Shown one piece after another: positions 1-13,094 of a stretch of 64,000 nt of DNA. A program made the translations under genes and the position numbers. Positions within the stretch are counted from its first letter, which is position 1; each line of letters starts with the position of its first letter. This DNA is from Nemertoderma westbladi (taxonomy: Eukaryota > Animalia > Xenacoelomorpha): assembly GCA_032718475.1 (NCBI GenBank), contig JAUCBJ010003887.1, forward strand, positions 3,839 through 67,838, given 5' to 3'. Under the pieces are notes generated by a model, which was not told the origin of the DNA, made no database searches, and saw only the letters and a program-made list of their open reading frames with translations.

Positions 1-225
1 TTATAGATGAAACTCCTAGAGGACGAATATTGGGCGAACCAAAAGCGGGTTTGGAATACGCGGATGGATTGTTGACCCAGTTCGACGGAGAACTTCCAGG
101 TTAAACCGGAAGAAGGATAATATGAGAGACAGCGGATTACCCAAATAGAGCCGATGGCTCAGCAGAACCCTAGGCAGGAATTTATTACGAGGGAGGAGTT
201 AAGCGCCAGTCTAGCGTAAGCTATA

Positions 226-1750
226 TTGCCGCACATCCAACCTATAACGGACATGCTTAGTAACTTACAGTTAAAGGAAGCAGCTCAGGTAAGAAGTAAT
301 TCTAATCCTAGCAGGCAAGAACTAGACAGAGTCCAACCTGGCCAACGAGTACACACATCGGAGGCGACAATACCTCAAAGACCTCAGGTAAGAACGCCCG
401 TCCCTACGATCCATAATCCCGATTTTGAACACTCGGCAGAAAGATTTTTACAAGAGGCTTGGGTCAGGGCCTTGGTGCATAAACCAATGCGAGCGCCGAG
501 AACCGACACAGACTCGAGTGATGACGAGGAAGAATTGAGACGTCAGAAGTCCCAAAACCGGAAGGAAAGAAGGACAGACGCGGAGCAGGTAAGTATGAAT
601 CCCCGGGAAAGGATCAGACTTAATAATCCTGCAGAACTAAACAACTTATTAACCCGGAATGGCGCCATCCTTAGAGACATAAGTAAGTTTGCTGCTAGGC
701 AGGGATTGCCGGTGCAGCAACCCCACAAGTTTATGGGTAACCACAAACATTGGAGGACATTTAAAACCTATGTCGAAGAACAACTGACCAACAGCACTTT
801 TACTCCCAATGAGAAATTCAACTATCTACTACAGATGCTCCATCGAGAACCTAGAGCCATTGCTGATAACTTTGTCGCAATGAAAGATCGTTTGAACTAG
901 CTATGAAAACACTTAGTGACATCTACGGGAATAAAACCAAGATGGCACAGTCGATAGTGGAAGACTTGGGTAAGGGTGGAATGATTACGACGCCGTTGGA
1001 GCTGTTGAATTCAGCGAACGCCATCTCGAACGCATTAGATATCTTAAGGGCGGTAAATCTGCCTCATCATGGTGATCATGCCGAAGTTTTAAAGAGCATA
1101 ATAAGACATTTGAACATGCGTTACCGACAGAAATGGACAAAACTGGGAAATAAACTGGAGGGTCAAGACAAAGTGTTGACGCTTCAACATATCCATGATA
1201 TGATAGCCACAGATGCGGTAGCAGAGATGAAATCAAATTTCTCAGAGGAGAATATGAGGGAGTTTAAACCTTTTAACGGTAAGTCAATGGTAAGTTTTGA
1301 CAATGGCAGAACCATTGTGACTTTTAACTCAGTAGACAAATACAACCCGAGTATCCCTGCCTTTAGACCAGACTCGCGAGTATGGTCAGGTGAGAGGTCT
1401 GAGCAACCCAAAGTGAAGCAAAAGGAGTTGCCGGATGGATTAGGTTGCGAATTTATTATTAGTAGGTTTGCGAATTCATTATTTGTAGGTTGCGAATTCT
1501 GCTCTACTAAAGGAGGTAAGATCAGACGACCATAAGTTGGACAGTTGCAGACGGTTCAAAGAATTAACTTTGAAACAGAGAAGGGTTCAAGTGCGGACGT
1601 TGGAAACCTGTTGGGCATGTCTTGTTCCAGGTCACGTACGGCGCCAGTGCCTGAACAGTAAGGACGGATGCATGGAGTGCAGCAGACTACACCACAAGTT
1701 GCTACATGCGGACTTCCATACCCCAACGGACTGTTATCTACAGAGAAATC
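226..1750 (+). pseudogene. BEL/Pao gag of element B, disrupted
   Basis: FMGNHKHWRTF...EKFNYLLQML (BEL gag DUF1759-like) and Cys/His knuckles CWACLVPGHVRRQC and CMECSRLHHKLLH. Clearly similar to gag of A. Broken into several ORFs and cut at 1750 by an LTR. Confidence 0.85.
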
Positions 1751-2964
1751 TGTACGCGCTTTTGAAGACCTTTAGCAGTTTAACCTGCCAAAATTTATAT
1801 GTCTTTTGGTTTATAAATAGACTTTAGAAGATGACAAATATTTAATACCAATAAACACAACATTAGCAGAAGCCAGCCTAGTGCGCGTCCATTCACCCGC
1901 TGGATATTCCCGGGAGACTGGATTCTGAGGGCTTAGATTATTATTGCAGTGTAAGCTTACTGTATTATTCGATTGATCGTTAATAAATAATTTCTTACGA
2001 ATATTATTCACTTTCGGGAAATATTAGCAGTTCCTTTAGGACGTGGCGCTCTATCTATTTAAACAGAGCTATGACTTATACTAATCACAACGGTAAGTCG
2101 GTAAGGCTTATGATTCACGTATGAGGCGCATTCTTTAGGAAATGCTTAGTTATCAGTCACAATCATGCACACTACCGGTAACACACAATACTGCTCACTG
2201 ATTTGCCGACCGTCAATGAATTTAATCATATATAAAGAGAACAGCAACGGATTCATGTAGTGCTTATCAAATAGCATTAAATTCACTACAAACCACAATA
2301 ATATAAGTCGCAATCGCTATATATAACCCGTCTCTCTAACCTGTAGTGTATCAAGAAAATTGGGAAATTTGAGTTCTTTATAAATGTTCTCCAAATAATA
2401 TTCAACCAAACAACAGCAAACCATTAAGACGGTAGGTTAAGATATGATATGACAATGTACTGATATGGACCGATAACAGTTATACGCTCTATAATCTTAA
2501 GCCTACTAATGTTTCTTCTAAAGTCTGAAACGAATTGACTCTAGAGCCGGTGTTCCTGGCCTAGATAGAAACAACACAACAGTATCACAAAAACAGTAAG
2601 ACTGAACACTCCTAGTATGATCGACCGAATATCTACACGTCGACAGAAAAAATCGCTCTGATTGGCTCAAGCCAAACAAAGAACCATGCGTCCAATGGCT
2701 GTTTCCATGCCAGCAACCAGCTGCGAGATGTCGCAATCTGAATCATCAAGGCCAAGCCGTGTAAAGGTATTTGGTGTATTGCAGGTTTTTTGCCTTACCA
2801 TGTCCGCCAAAGCACGTATATAGAAGAATGACTTTTATGTCCGTTAAAACACCTGTAACAGTACCTTGCGGGCGAGGGGAATATATATACAGTTAGAGAA
2901 CCTTTTTAGAGTATTCCAGCGCCTGGGGGGAAACTGGATTGCGAAGCAAAAGGGGCCAGTTATA
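1751..2964 (-). repeat. Solo-type LTR of element C inserted in gag of B
   Basis: Near-identical to 13992-15205. Minus-strand termini TATA (probably from TGTA)...TACA. B gag continues on both sides. TSD not cleanly recognisable; right boundary approximate. Confidence 0.65.
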
Positions 2965-3032
2965 TCCCACAGAAGCTTATACAAAATCCTCAAAGGTAGG
3001 GAAGCAGAGATCCCATAACGATAAGGAAGTGT

Positions 3033-4918
3033 ATGTACACCAGCATCCAAGACGACCAGGTTCAACCAGGTTTGTCGGACGAGGACGGTGAAGCGAGTGT
3101 GAGGGAGGTGACTTGCCAGGGATTCACCACTGATAGTTTATTGACCAGCGCGAGGACGTATCTATCATCGGCCACGTCAGAAATATTCAGCGTGATACCG
3201 GTAAAACTTACTGGAGACAAGGGATCAAAGAGAACATATGTGATGTTGGACACTGCGTCTACATTATCATATGTAGACGAGGAAGTAGCAAGAGCCGTTT
3301 CCAGCTTCCGGGATGCCGAGGAAATCAAAATAGAGTTAAAATCTATGCATGGGGTAGGAGACGTTAAGGGACATAAAATTTATGTAGAACTACATCCTGA
3401 GAGAAGAGCACACTCGCCAAGAGCAGAGAACGTTGCCATTGGATGGATTTAAGTGTCTAGCTATGAAGGGGTTAGGCAGGCAGTTAGGTAAGGTGCCACT
3501 GATGAGTCCCATAGCACAGGAGTATTTTGACAAGCTCAGAATACCGAGACAGCAGGTAGGTTATAGGAATGTGTCTATGTTAATTGGAGCAGAACAGCTG
3601 ATCACGCACCAAATATGGGAAACGAGACCAGCTGAGCCATATGTAAATAGGCCACACACCCATAGGACTATATTAGGTTGGTATACACGAGTACCCATGT
3701 CCTATGAGTTTTCAGGTGGCGACAAGCCAAAGGATGGACACGACGAATTACAACCTATAACACAACAACTGTTAGTAGAACCACCAGACGTAGACGAGTT
3801 TAGGAGAACCTGTATTGACCACTATAGCGACTTTAGCAAGTCGGACAAGGATTTGATTCCCAACAATGTTACGTTGTCGGAACCACTCTATAATGACCGG
3901 ACAGATAGTGAGCCCGAGGACTACTGTTATCTGACCCATGGGTCTGGTTTAGTGGCCCACGCCACTTATTATAGTAACGTTTTGACTTATACCAATATAG
4001 TGGAGGGTCAGGTGGCAAAGTATCGAGACCTCGACACTTTCCAATTCAGTGAAGAGGAGTTACAAAAGGAATTGATACGCCAGGAACTCGAGACAGGAGC
4101 TAGAACCATCAAATGGCTGGATAGGGACGCGATGGAACCCAGTGGATACAATCTAACCATGTCCACCGACGAGAAGCGATCGCTAGAAATGATGGAAGAA
4201 ACCATACATCTGTTACCAACAGGACACTTTGAAGTTGGAATGTTGTGGCATCAACAACCTCCTAAGTTTGCGTTTACTTGCGACATCGAGGCAATGTTTC
4301 ACCAGGTAAAAGCCTGTAAGGCAGACCAGGATAGTCTCCGATTTCTCTGGTACGAGAATGAAGAACTATCCAGCCCAGTGGTTACATACCAGATGTATGT
4401 CAGGATATTCGGCGCCCGCAACAGTCCCAACGGCATGCTGTTTGTCTTAAAGAAAATAGTGACAGCCCAGATTGGTAAGTATCCAGTAGATGTAATCGAG
4501 TCCATCCTAAGGAACTTCTACATGGATGACGGATTGGTGTCCAAGGACACAGTGGAACAAGCCATAGAAGTGGCTCACGGTCTACAGGAGTGCTTGGCTA
4601 TGGGAGGTTTCCCACTGACCAAGTTCACCACTAATTCAGAGGCCTTATTAGAGTCGTTCCCAGTAAAGGATCGTGCGAGCAGAGACATTGAGTTGAGTGT
4701 AGAACCCATCCCCATGGCGCAAGTACTGGTTGGTTGGAATCCAAATACGGATAAATTCCAGGTGAGAGTTAGGTTTGAACCCAGTAGCCCAGACAAGACT
4801 TTGACCAAGAGAATCTGCTTATCGACCATGAGTAGACTATTTGACCAGATGAACTTTATCAGTCCGGTAATATTACAGGCTCGCATATGTATGAGGAAAA
4901 GGAAAATCTGGCTGTCTG
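3033..4918 (+). pseudogene. Protease-RT fragment of element B (copy 1), RT internally deleted
   Basis: Protease LDTAS; RT CDIEAMFHQV and NFYMDDGL. Frameshift near 3440. About 110 aa present in A are missing between MLWHQQPPK and FAFTCD. Confidence 0.9.
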
Positions 4919-5265
4919 TGTAAGGTCCAGTAGTATACCGCTTACCAAATCCTAGTAACGATTGTATCTTACCGTAAGATCTAGTAATGTATACGGGCTC
5001 GTACAGTATCTGACAACAAATCCCAGTCCAGGATATCTAAACAAACAGATACAATACACAAACGACTACTGGCGAGGAACAGAGCCTAGTGTATATTCTA
5101 TGTACGTGAGCGGGTCTAATGCCTACGAACTAGACGAAAGGATACCTGTCCTCTAACCGGTGAGGCAGATGTACAGTTACAGTAACAGACCAAACTCACG
5201 GGAAAACAATCCCCGCGCAGCGAATCCTAACTATCGCTGACAGTCCTAAATACCGTAACTTGCCG
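4919..5265 (-). repeat. Partial LTR of element A carried in the duplication
   Basis: Matches 17160-17506 and 34177 onward. Confidence 0.9.
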
Positions 5266-5327
5266 TGTACGTGAGAATTAACGTAAAATTACGTAAAATG
5301 TACGTGAGCGGGTCTAATGCCTACGAA

Positions 5328-5962
5328 TTATTAAATCAGCAATACGCGCAATAAATTTCCATCGCCGGTTGTTCGTGGAAATAGGAACAGCGGACGTTTG
5401 TGTCCATGGGCGTAACATGGTCTCTCGATGCGCATAACCGACAACGTTGCCGAGAAACATAGTTGGCATGGCGATAATCGTACGCAGTGAGACACTGTGG
5501 ACCTTGATACCATTCTAGGATGTAATCGTTGTCGCTGTTCTGAGCGCGATAGGCTGGATCTCCTCAGATTCTAGGCATATTGGTTCGTCTTCCCAGTCTG
5601 TTACGAATAGAATTTTCGTGATCTATTCTCGGTTTATCGTTACGACGCCGCTGGGTATGATATTTAAATAGAACCATTTCCCTTTCGGTGTCTACATCGT
5701 CCGTATCATGTAAATCGATAGGATGGCCGGTAGTTAGGAGGTCCATATACGTATTATTACGATGCGTATAGCGAGCGGTGAATTTTCGATAGTCCAATTC
5801 ACGCGTAAGTTGCTCTTGGGACATCGGCGGTTCGATATAACGACCATCGTCCTCCGTAATGGTTGGATCGGTTTCACCGCGTATCAAGCTATCCACAAAT
5901 GCTTGTAAAGGTAGAGTATATCGCTCCCTGATACCAAGATCATCTTCTATCAACTCCGTCAT
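5328..5962 (-). pseudogene. 3' accessory ORF of element C with zinc knuckles, truncated
   Basis: Reading through the TGA at 5564-5566 gives ...QRCRLCASRDHVTPMDTNVRC...IYCAYC*FNN, cut by the 5266-5327 junction. Lies downstream of the integrase remnant, same strand. Confidence 0.6.
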
Positions 5963-7611
5963 ATCTGCTATCTGAGTTTATTAATATCGAAATGAGTTTA
6001 TGTTTAGGCGAGCGGACGACGCTACCTACCTCTCTTTGCCCCCGGACAGTGGGATTCTCAGCGCCGATGTACCGTCGTCGCGGTGTTTACGCCAACATGT
6101 AGCAACATCACGACAACGATAACCGGCACAAGTCACTCCACTGTCCGTCCCAAAGGCTTGAATCCACTGTAGGTTCTTTCTATAGGAGAGTTGGGTTACT
6201 TTCACAATTGCGACTAGCTACTGTAAACACACCTTAGCAGTAACATTCACCTACAAACGCACAAATTCTACACAACTGTCACCAATTGTACATATACGGG
6301 CCATTTGTCCGTTAGTCAGTGCCTTCCAGAATGTCACGTTATTACTGTGTATCTTTGGATACTAACAGTGTGTTATGTATTCTCTATGCTATGCAATGGG
6401 ACAAGCTTTCTATTGTTCTTTTTAACTTGCTTCTAACTCTAGCGTGGGTGTTGCTATGGTGACATTATGGAATGCTAGCGGTAGAATTAGGGTAATTCTC
6501 ATGCATACAGATCTGGGATGCTATTTAATAATAATTCTATAATTGTCAATATCCTCTTTATGCATGATTTTATTAATTTTATCGGCTATTGACTATATGT
6601 TGGAGATTCTCGCACTCTAATACACTCAATAGGATAAATCTCCGCTCCCATGATCTATTAATTAATGGAATTTTGGGAATGTTATAAATTGCGCAAAAAT
6701 GACAATTTATGAAATTCATTTAAAAATATGAATTTAAATTTATTCCCGTGAATTTTATTATTTGATGTTAAGATTGACACAATTTTTATTCCAGAGCATG
6801 TCTGGGGACTGAGGATCCTTAATTCTAGAAAATTGCCTTTTAAGAGTATCGGTAAGTGCTGCGATATCTTAATTGACTAGAAATTTAAAGGATCTGAATT
6901 TTACAGATTTTACTAAATATTAAATTAATATTTAAGATGGGCACCGATTTATTCCCGAACTTGTCTGGGGACGTTAACCACTGATTCTAGAATTTGTCTT
7001 TCAAGTATATCGGTGGGTGCCGCGATATCTTAATCGACTAGAATTACAGATGGCCAAAAGGTTTAACAGATTTATTTGCGTTTTACGCTACTGTTATATG
7101 GACATCACGCTACTATATGTATTATTTAATATAAGGTAGAAGAGCAATATCGCACGAAGCAATGTCAGTGTGAAGAGGCATGTCGTTTCCAAGGTCTACC
7201 CAGAGCTTGGTTTAGCCGAGACACGAGGATCTGAACTTTGCATTCCTAATACTCTGCCTACCAATAATACCTGAATATAGTAGTGGCTTTATTGTACTTT
7301 AATAAGTACGGACATTTCATCTTACTGTAGTGACGTATTTCTAATATGATACGGACAGTAAGGAAAGAGAAAAAATAATTATTTCTCGCCGTCGCACTAA
7401 ATATATTATAAGTAATTACATACGTAGTAAACACTAATATATTGCACTAATCTACTAAATAATCACTAAAATAACATTTTACTAAAATAAAATTAAAGGA
7501 AACGATTATAATAAAATTACATAATAATACATACATAAATATAAAATAAAAACAAATATAAAATGATATAGTCACACGCCCACTCCATATGTTATTACGT
7601 TATGGAGTCCC

Positions 7612-8554
7612 TAGATATTTGTCGAATTAGGGAAGTGGTCGTAGGAAGAGTATCTTGCCTTCCATAGTTTCCGGACAGTTTTCGGTCTCTTTCCAGTAAA
7701 CATAAACGACTAGCTGGGCGATTTAGTTGTTGTGTTACTTTCTCCGCTCCCTTGGCCTGTCTAATCTTCACCGGGGTAAGATGAGGAGGCCATTCTTCAT
7801 CTTATTTACTTAAGAAGTCGGATCCACCTAACCAGCCTGGATTATCTATCAGTTCTTGAGGAGTTGCTCCTCTGGAAGCGATGTCGGCTGGATTAATCGT
7901 CCCAACGCAATGTCTCCATTGATCTACATTGGAGTTAATATCGTCATTATCTGAGGAGTATGGTGTTCCCTCAGTTGGATCGTCCACATCACTGCTCTCC
8001 ACTTCCCATTCCTTTACTTGGTATACCTGTTGTTGAGGTAATCTCTCTTTGAGAGTTCTACGGGAAGGGCCAGTGAAGTACCAACCTACTCTAGTTCTTA
8101 CCGCATAGGTTTGCAGTGGCTGCGGTTGAGCAGGCCGTTTCTCCAATGTCTCGAGCGCCTCATGCGCGTTTTGGCCGATGAGTATTTGCACTCCAGGATA
8201 ATCTGTCTGGAATCGAGGTATCTTAAGATGTTGGATGCTCTCATCCTCGTCCCAATTATAAAGGTCTGCTTGGGTAGTAGCGAAGTTCTTTATAGCCACC
8301 ATTTTTACCGACCTTATCCTTTGTGCTCCTAATTTATCCTGGGGGGTGGACAACACACCTACATAGTAGTCTGCCGTTAGGGTAGATTTCCAAACCTGCA
8401 TAATTCCTGACATATTCAATTTAGTCCGGAATTTGGGTTGTCCAGCAAAGATATCTTCGGCTAGTTCTTGATCGATGAATGTTCCTGTGCTGCCGGAGTC
8501 CAGGAGGGCGTTCACTATGTAACTTTTGTTAGGACCATGAACTCTTACCTGCAC
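7612..8554 (-). pseudogene. Protease fused in frame to RNase H C-terminal and integrase C-terminal remnants (element C)
   Basis: LLDSGS protease; then QWRHCVGTINPADIASRG (BEL RH tail); after the stop at 7802, DEEWPP...LNRPASRLCLLE (compare A VDRPVQRLVLLE). Confidence 0.8.
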
Positions 8555-8563
8555 TACAGGAAA

Positions 8564-11500
8564 TTATCTGATTCCTACGTTGGAAGTTGGAGCTTTCCAA
8601 GATGGTTGTCTGGCAAAAGTAGTTGGGGGGAACTCATTGTCGGTGTCCTTTTCATAAGTAAGTGCTCGATACACTGCGGTATTTATTAGGTAACAGGATT
8701 CGTTGGCGTCGGAGAATTCGTCCGTATAGAATCCTTCCATCTCAGATTCTTGATCAGTGTCATTTACATCACTGAATTGGACATGTAGTTCGGGCTCACT
8801 TACCTGACTCGGGTTGTCTCGTTCGAACTCACTGTGTAACAAGATGTGATGTTTCGCGCCACACTTTGCACACTTTACGTCGGAGTAACAGGTTCGCCGT
8901 TGGTGTCCTGATCTGAGGCAATTATAGCATAACCGCTTATTCCACAGGACTGTACGTCTGTCTACAAGGGATTTCTTTAGAAATTCAGCACACGCACTCA
9001 AACGGTGGGGCCCGTCGCACAGTGTACATTTTGGTTTGATGTTACTCACTTTACCTTGGGTAACTTGATGCACTCTCGTTCTTTCTTCGGGCTTTCTTCC
9101 GTGAATTCTCTTAGGAGACGTAGGAGGAGTTGTTGTTACCTGTTCTCTCCTGTCACTGGTTCGAGACTTGTATTTACTTACGTCTTTATAGGTCTTGTTG
9201 TCGTAGTAAGATTTTGCTGTGTCTTTCCCGCTGTCCTCTTCTTGAAAAGCTTGGCTTTCGCCGTCGTCAGTATAACACACCGGTATTATCCTTCTCCTAG
9301 AAACGGGTTTCTCACTTACCTTATTTTCCGATGTTTTCTCTCTGGACTGCTTTATGAGTTGTAATTTTACTTCACTATCTAAGAAGGACATGAGATCAGC
9401 CATGGTAGGGCTTCGTCGTTGCTGTTCATTCATATACAACACTTTCTTGTCCCAGCGCGTACATACTCCACCCTTTGGTAAAGTAGAGACTACGGCTCCA
9501 ATAACCATGGAACTCTGATATTCATGAGACTTACCTAACCAGTCCAATTGTCTACAGATTTCCTGAATCTCATCGGAAAACTCTATAATACCGCTACTAA
9601 GGAAGTTTCGGGGGGCTACTAATTTTGCATACAAATACTTAGCTATGTTATCCTTGTTACCATACCTGATGTTTAATGTATCCCAAACTTGTCTTAATCG
9701 TTCTGGATGTCCAATAAACTTTAACGCCATTAACTTGGGAGGTCCTTCCAAGCACTTGATGAGGAACCTAAGTTTCTCTCCGTTAGATAGCACAGAGTTC
9801 TGTATGCTGTCTTTGTAATATTCGTTGAAAGGTAACCATTTCATCTCATCTCCATTGAATTTGACGATCTCTCCCACTTTAACCGCTCGGCGGGCTTCTG
9901 TTCTAGCCATCTGACACGTAAAGCTTTCTTGGGCCATCGTGTTATTTAATATCGAATTATTGGTATATAAATTTCTCGGATCATTGTCAGGTCTATAGGG
10001 GATATCATTAATAACAGGTCTATAATCACCCTTAATAGGGTTTGCTATAGGAGTTTCTACTTCACTAGCAGTATAGATGCGTGTAGGCTCCACACCTTGC
10101 GCATGTAATACTTCAGACCTAACAGGTTGACACAATTTTACAGGGGGTATTGGTATGCCTTTTTGTATATTGACTAACTTGTCGCGTTCCAGTGCGATAC
10201 TTTGCTGCACTTCTTGCAACTCTGCCCTACCTTCCCTTACTGTTCCCTTAAGTTGGTGGACAGTCTCCTGCATCTGTCCGAGCAGGAGGTTCATCCCCCG
10301 CCGTCCCTCCTCTACCCACTCGACTGCTGAAGCGGGAGTCGCCAACATTGTAGCGGGCCGACGCTGGACGACGGGAGACAAATCTTTGATTTCTCTCTCT
10401 GCTATCAGGACAGGGATATTCTCATGGACTGTTCTACCGGGTACAGGCAGTGTAGTACTATGTAAAGGGAATTTAGAGTTAAGCTCTGGAAGTACAGGGG
10501 TCTCTAGCACAGAAGTGACTTTGGGAACGACAGGCCTAATTATTTCAGGCTCATCAACTATTGTAGGGAGTCTTTTGACCTGAATAGTTTGGTCTGTGGG
10601 TTCCGTACTACCTAAGTCTGTGCTAGCTAGCCGTCTTCTAACAGCTGGGGGCAAATCAGGCAATTTGTGACGGTGAGATGTTTTTCTATGCCTGCTTAGA
10701 CGAGATCTATTTCCTCCACCTTCAGGATCGGTGGTTTCGCTTTCCTCCGATGATGTGTATCCCTGGCGTTTGGGAGTAGATCGTCTCATCATCTGCATTT
10801 GACTAGCAGTTAACTGTTTATTTATGTTGTCTTGCGTCTCTTGCAGATTTTCCAACTCCAGTTGGGTAGTCTGCTCAGACGCTCTCCGTTCTGCTTCTGC
10901 CACTGCCTTTTCCGCCTTTGCTTCTGCCGCCGCTGCCTTTCTTTCCGTTTCTGCTTCTGCCGCCGCTGCCTTTCTTTCCGCTTCTGCTTCTGCCATGGCC
11001 GCCGCCCTTTGTTCCTCTATCCGTTTTTTCTTTACTTGTTCTTCTTGGACTCTAACGAGGCGGAGTTTTTCATCAAATTTAGCTTGGTTTGCAGCTAACA
11101 TTTCCGCATCGATTGCGTCCAACACAAGCTTGGTTCCTTCACTATTAGGGTGAAGTCCAGACAGTCGTCTCCTCAACTCTTCGTCTCCTATGAATCGCTG
11201 ATAGTCTGACAGATAGATGTCAATGGCGTCTCTAGTTCGCGGCTTCTCTGCTGCTGTTAATTCGCTTTCCACTTCGCTTTCCACCTCGCTTTCCACCTCG
11301 CTTTCCACTTGAGAAGAAGTGGCGTCGGTTGATTCTTCATAGGTTGGCCGCTCATCATAAACCGTATCCGCCATCTTCGCTCCGCGTTCGGGCGTCCGCT
11401 CAACAGTATCCGAACTACTGGAGCTATCGGGCCGCTGAGAACTAGGTTCTTGGCTAGGAGGTTGCTGCTGTTTTATAGCTTCTTCTTGATCCCGCTTGAC

Positions 11501-11722
11501 TTGGGCCCGAGTGCCTATGGCAGACCAACGGCGCTTCACTAACTTCGCAAATTGCGAAATCGCTTCTACCAACCTAGGTTCTGACACAACCACTGCAGGG
11601 GTTGCCCTTCTTACAGTATGAGGGGTTTCAGACATCGGTCTGGGATTATCTACACTTTGATCTGAGAAACAGGCTGTTGTTTCTAGGAGACTATCTGACA
11701 GAGTTTGCCTTGTGTCAGCCAT
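8564..11722 (-). CDS. BEL/Pao Gag of element C (1052 aa open frame)
   Basis: FNGDEMKWLPF...EKLRFLIKCLEG; knuckles CTLCDGPHRLSAC, CYNCLRSGHQRRTC, CAKCGAKHHILLH; Ala/Glu coiled-coil repeats. Protease follows in frame after TAA. Confidence 0.9.
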   Translation of the reverse strand: MADTRQTLSDSLLETTACFSDQSVDNPRPMSETPHTVRRATPAVVVSEPRLVEAISQFAKLVKRRWSAIGTRAQVKRDQEEAIKQQQPPSQEPSSQRPDSSSSSDTVERTPERGAKMADTVYDERPTYEESTDATSSQVESEVESEVESEVESELTAAEKPRTRDAIDIYLSDYQRFIGDEELRRRLSGLHPNSEGTKLVLDAIDAEMLAANQAKFDEKLRLVRVQEEQVKKKRIEEQRAAAMAEAEAERKAAAAEAETERKAAAAEAKAEKAVAEAERRASEQTTQLELENLQETQDNINKQLTASQMQMMRRSTPKRQGYTSSEESETTDPEGGGNRSRLSRHRKTSHRHKLPDLPPAVRRRLASTDLGSTEPTDQTIQVKRLPTIVDEPEIIRPVVPKVTSVLETPVLPELNSKFPLHSTTLPVPGRTVHENIPVLIAEREIKDLSPVVQRRPATMLATPASAVEWVEEGRRGMNLLLGQMQETVHQLKGTVREGRAELQEVQQSIALERDKLVNIQKGIPIPPVKLCQPVRSEVLHAQGVEPTRIYTASEVETPIANPIKGDYRPVINDIPYRPDNDPRNLYTNNSILNNTMAQESFTCQMARTEARRAVKVGEIVKFNGDEMKWLPFNEYYKDSIQNSVLSNGEKLRFLIKCLEGPPKLMALKFIGHPERLRQVWDTLNIRYGNKDNIAKYLYAKLVAPRNFLSSGIIEFSDEIQEICRQLDWLGKSHEYQSSMVIGAVVSTLPKGGVCTRWDKKVLYMNEQQRRSPTMADLMSFLDSEVKLQLIKQSREKTSENKVSEKPVSRRRIIPVCYTDDGESQAFQEEDSGKDTAKSYYDNKTYKDVSKYKSRTSDRREQVTTTPPTSPKRIHGRKPEERTRVHQVTQGKVSNIKPKCTLCDGPHRLSACAEFLKKSLVDRRTVLWNKRLCYNCLRSGHQRRTCYSDVKCAKCGAKHHILLHSEFERDNPSQVSEPELHVQFSDVNDTDQESEMEGFYTDEFSDANESCYLINTAVYRALTYEKDTDNEFPPTTFARQPSWKAPTSNVGIR

Positions 11723-13094
11723 GTTTGATTGTACAGTTGAATGCCTACTGCTATATTACAGTTAAAGCAAGTCTAGTAATTCAGTATCACTATTAGCCTA
11801 ATAATTAATTACCGATACTGCTACTCAGTGTAGCGTGATATATATATAATATATTAGAATACCGGTATGCTTATAATATATATATAAGTATTATTACAGA
11901 CTAGATTTGTCACAGAGTACCGGTATATAAATTTAGCACAAATATATATAAATATACAATAGGCCTATCGGGAATAATGGTATACAGCTGACACTTATAG
12001 TATATATAAGTATAATTATTACAGACTAGAATTAATTACAGAATAACGGTATGATTTCAGCCCAAATTCATAGAAATAAATATAATAAGCCTATGGTAAA
12101 TACCGGTATGTCAATTATTTTTAGAATAATTGAATTTCTGAATATTTTAGGGTTACTTGGTTACTTTAACTTACTTTGTTACCGTTATTTAAGCAGTAGT
12201 CCAACTGATTTTGAGATCTAGTTGTTGTATGGCAGGCCTACTATTTATAAATCGTTTGAGTTGATTTATAATAGATATATACCCGTTTAAAAGGGGTTTT
12301 GTCAATATTTGAAATAAATGTTATTATTTCTGGGGGAGTCACTACACAGAAGCTGTGCGCTCTCAGTGAAGTGCTACCTATGGGACACTAAAACAGATAA
12401 TTCTAATTTACCTAAGTTACTTAATACTACAAATTACTTACGATACGGGTGAAATTAAATCTCTAATTAAACACAACAAAAATATTACGTACGAAATTTT
12501 TAGGGTAATTTTACAGGAAGTCTACAAACCAGTCTAACAAAGGGTTAGAATTCTGGTTATTACAACGGACAGGGTACTACGGTATTTGAAATAATAAGTA
12601 GTAGTAAATATATTGCACTGTCCAGATAGGAAAATACCACCGCCTGACGACCTATAACCGTATCGCTATAGGTACTACGTTATGTATCACGGAGTGTTCC
12701 TACCTAGAAGCTAATTACCGCGGACTACCAGATCCAGCGTGCCTATTAACCACTTTACAACACAAATATACTGCCTACACACTAATTACTTCGGAAAGCA
12801 CTGTACACTAAACCCTAAATTAGGTACAAGTACTGGTACAACAAATAATCAGTAGTTAAATATACTTGAACAGTTAAAAGAACCACGGCATCTGCTGGAG
12901 TGACCGAAGCACAAAGTCACCAGTCTTTTCCTACGCCAAGCAGCCCGTGTAGTACCGGGGTTAATTTAACTATAACGGTATGTGTAACAACACAATTACT
13001 GTAGGAATAAACTTGGGGACATGAATGTTGCGAATAATCGCATAAACTCTGAATAATAAATATTACGCTACCCGTACAGAATACTCAAACAAAA

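Larger units (their letters stand above)
1751..5265. repeat. 3.5-kb direct duplication, copy 1 (copy 2 = 13992-17506)
   Basis: Constant offset of 12241 with only scattered substitutions (e.g. RIPRQ vs RILRQ, DRAS vs DRGS). Confidence 0.97.
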
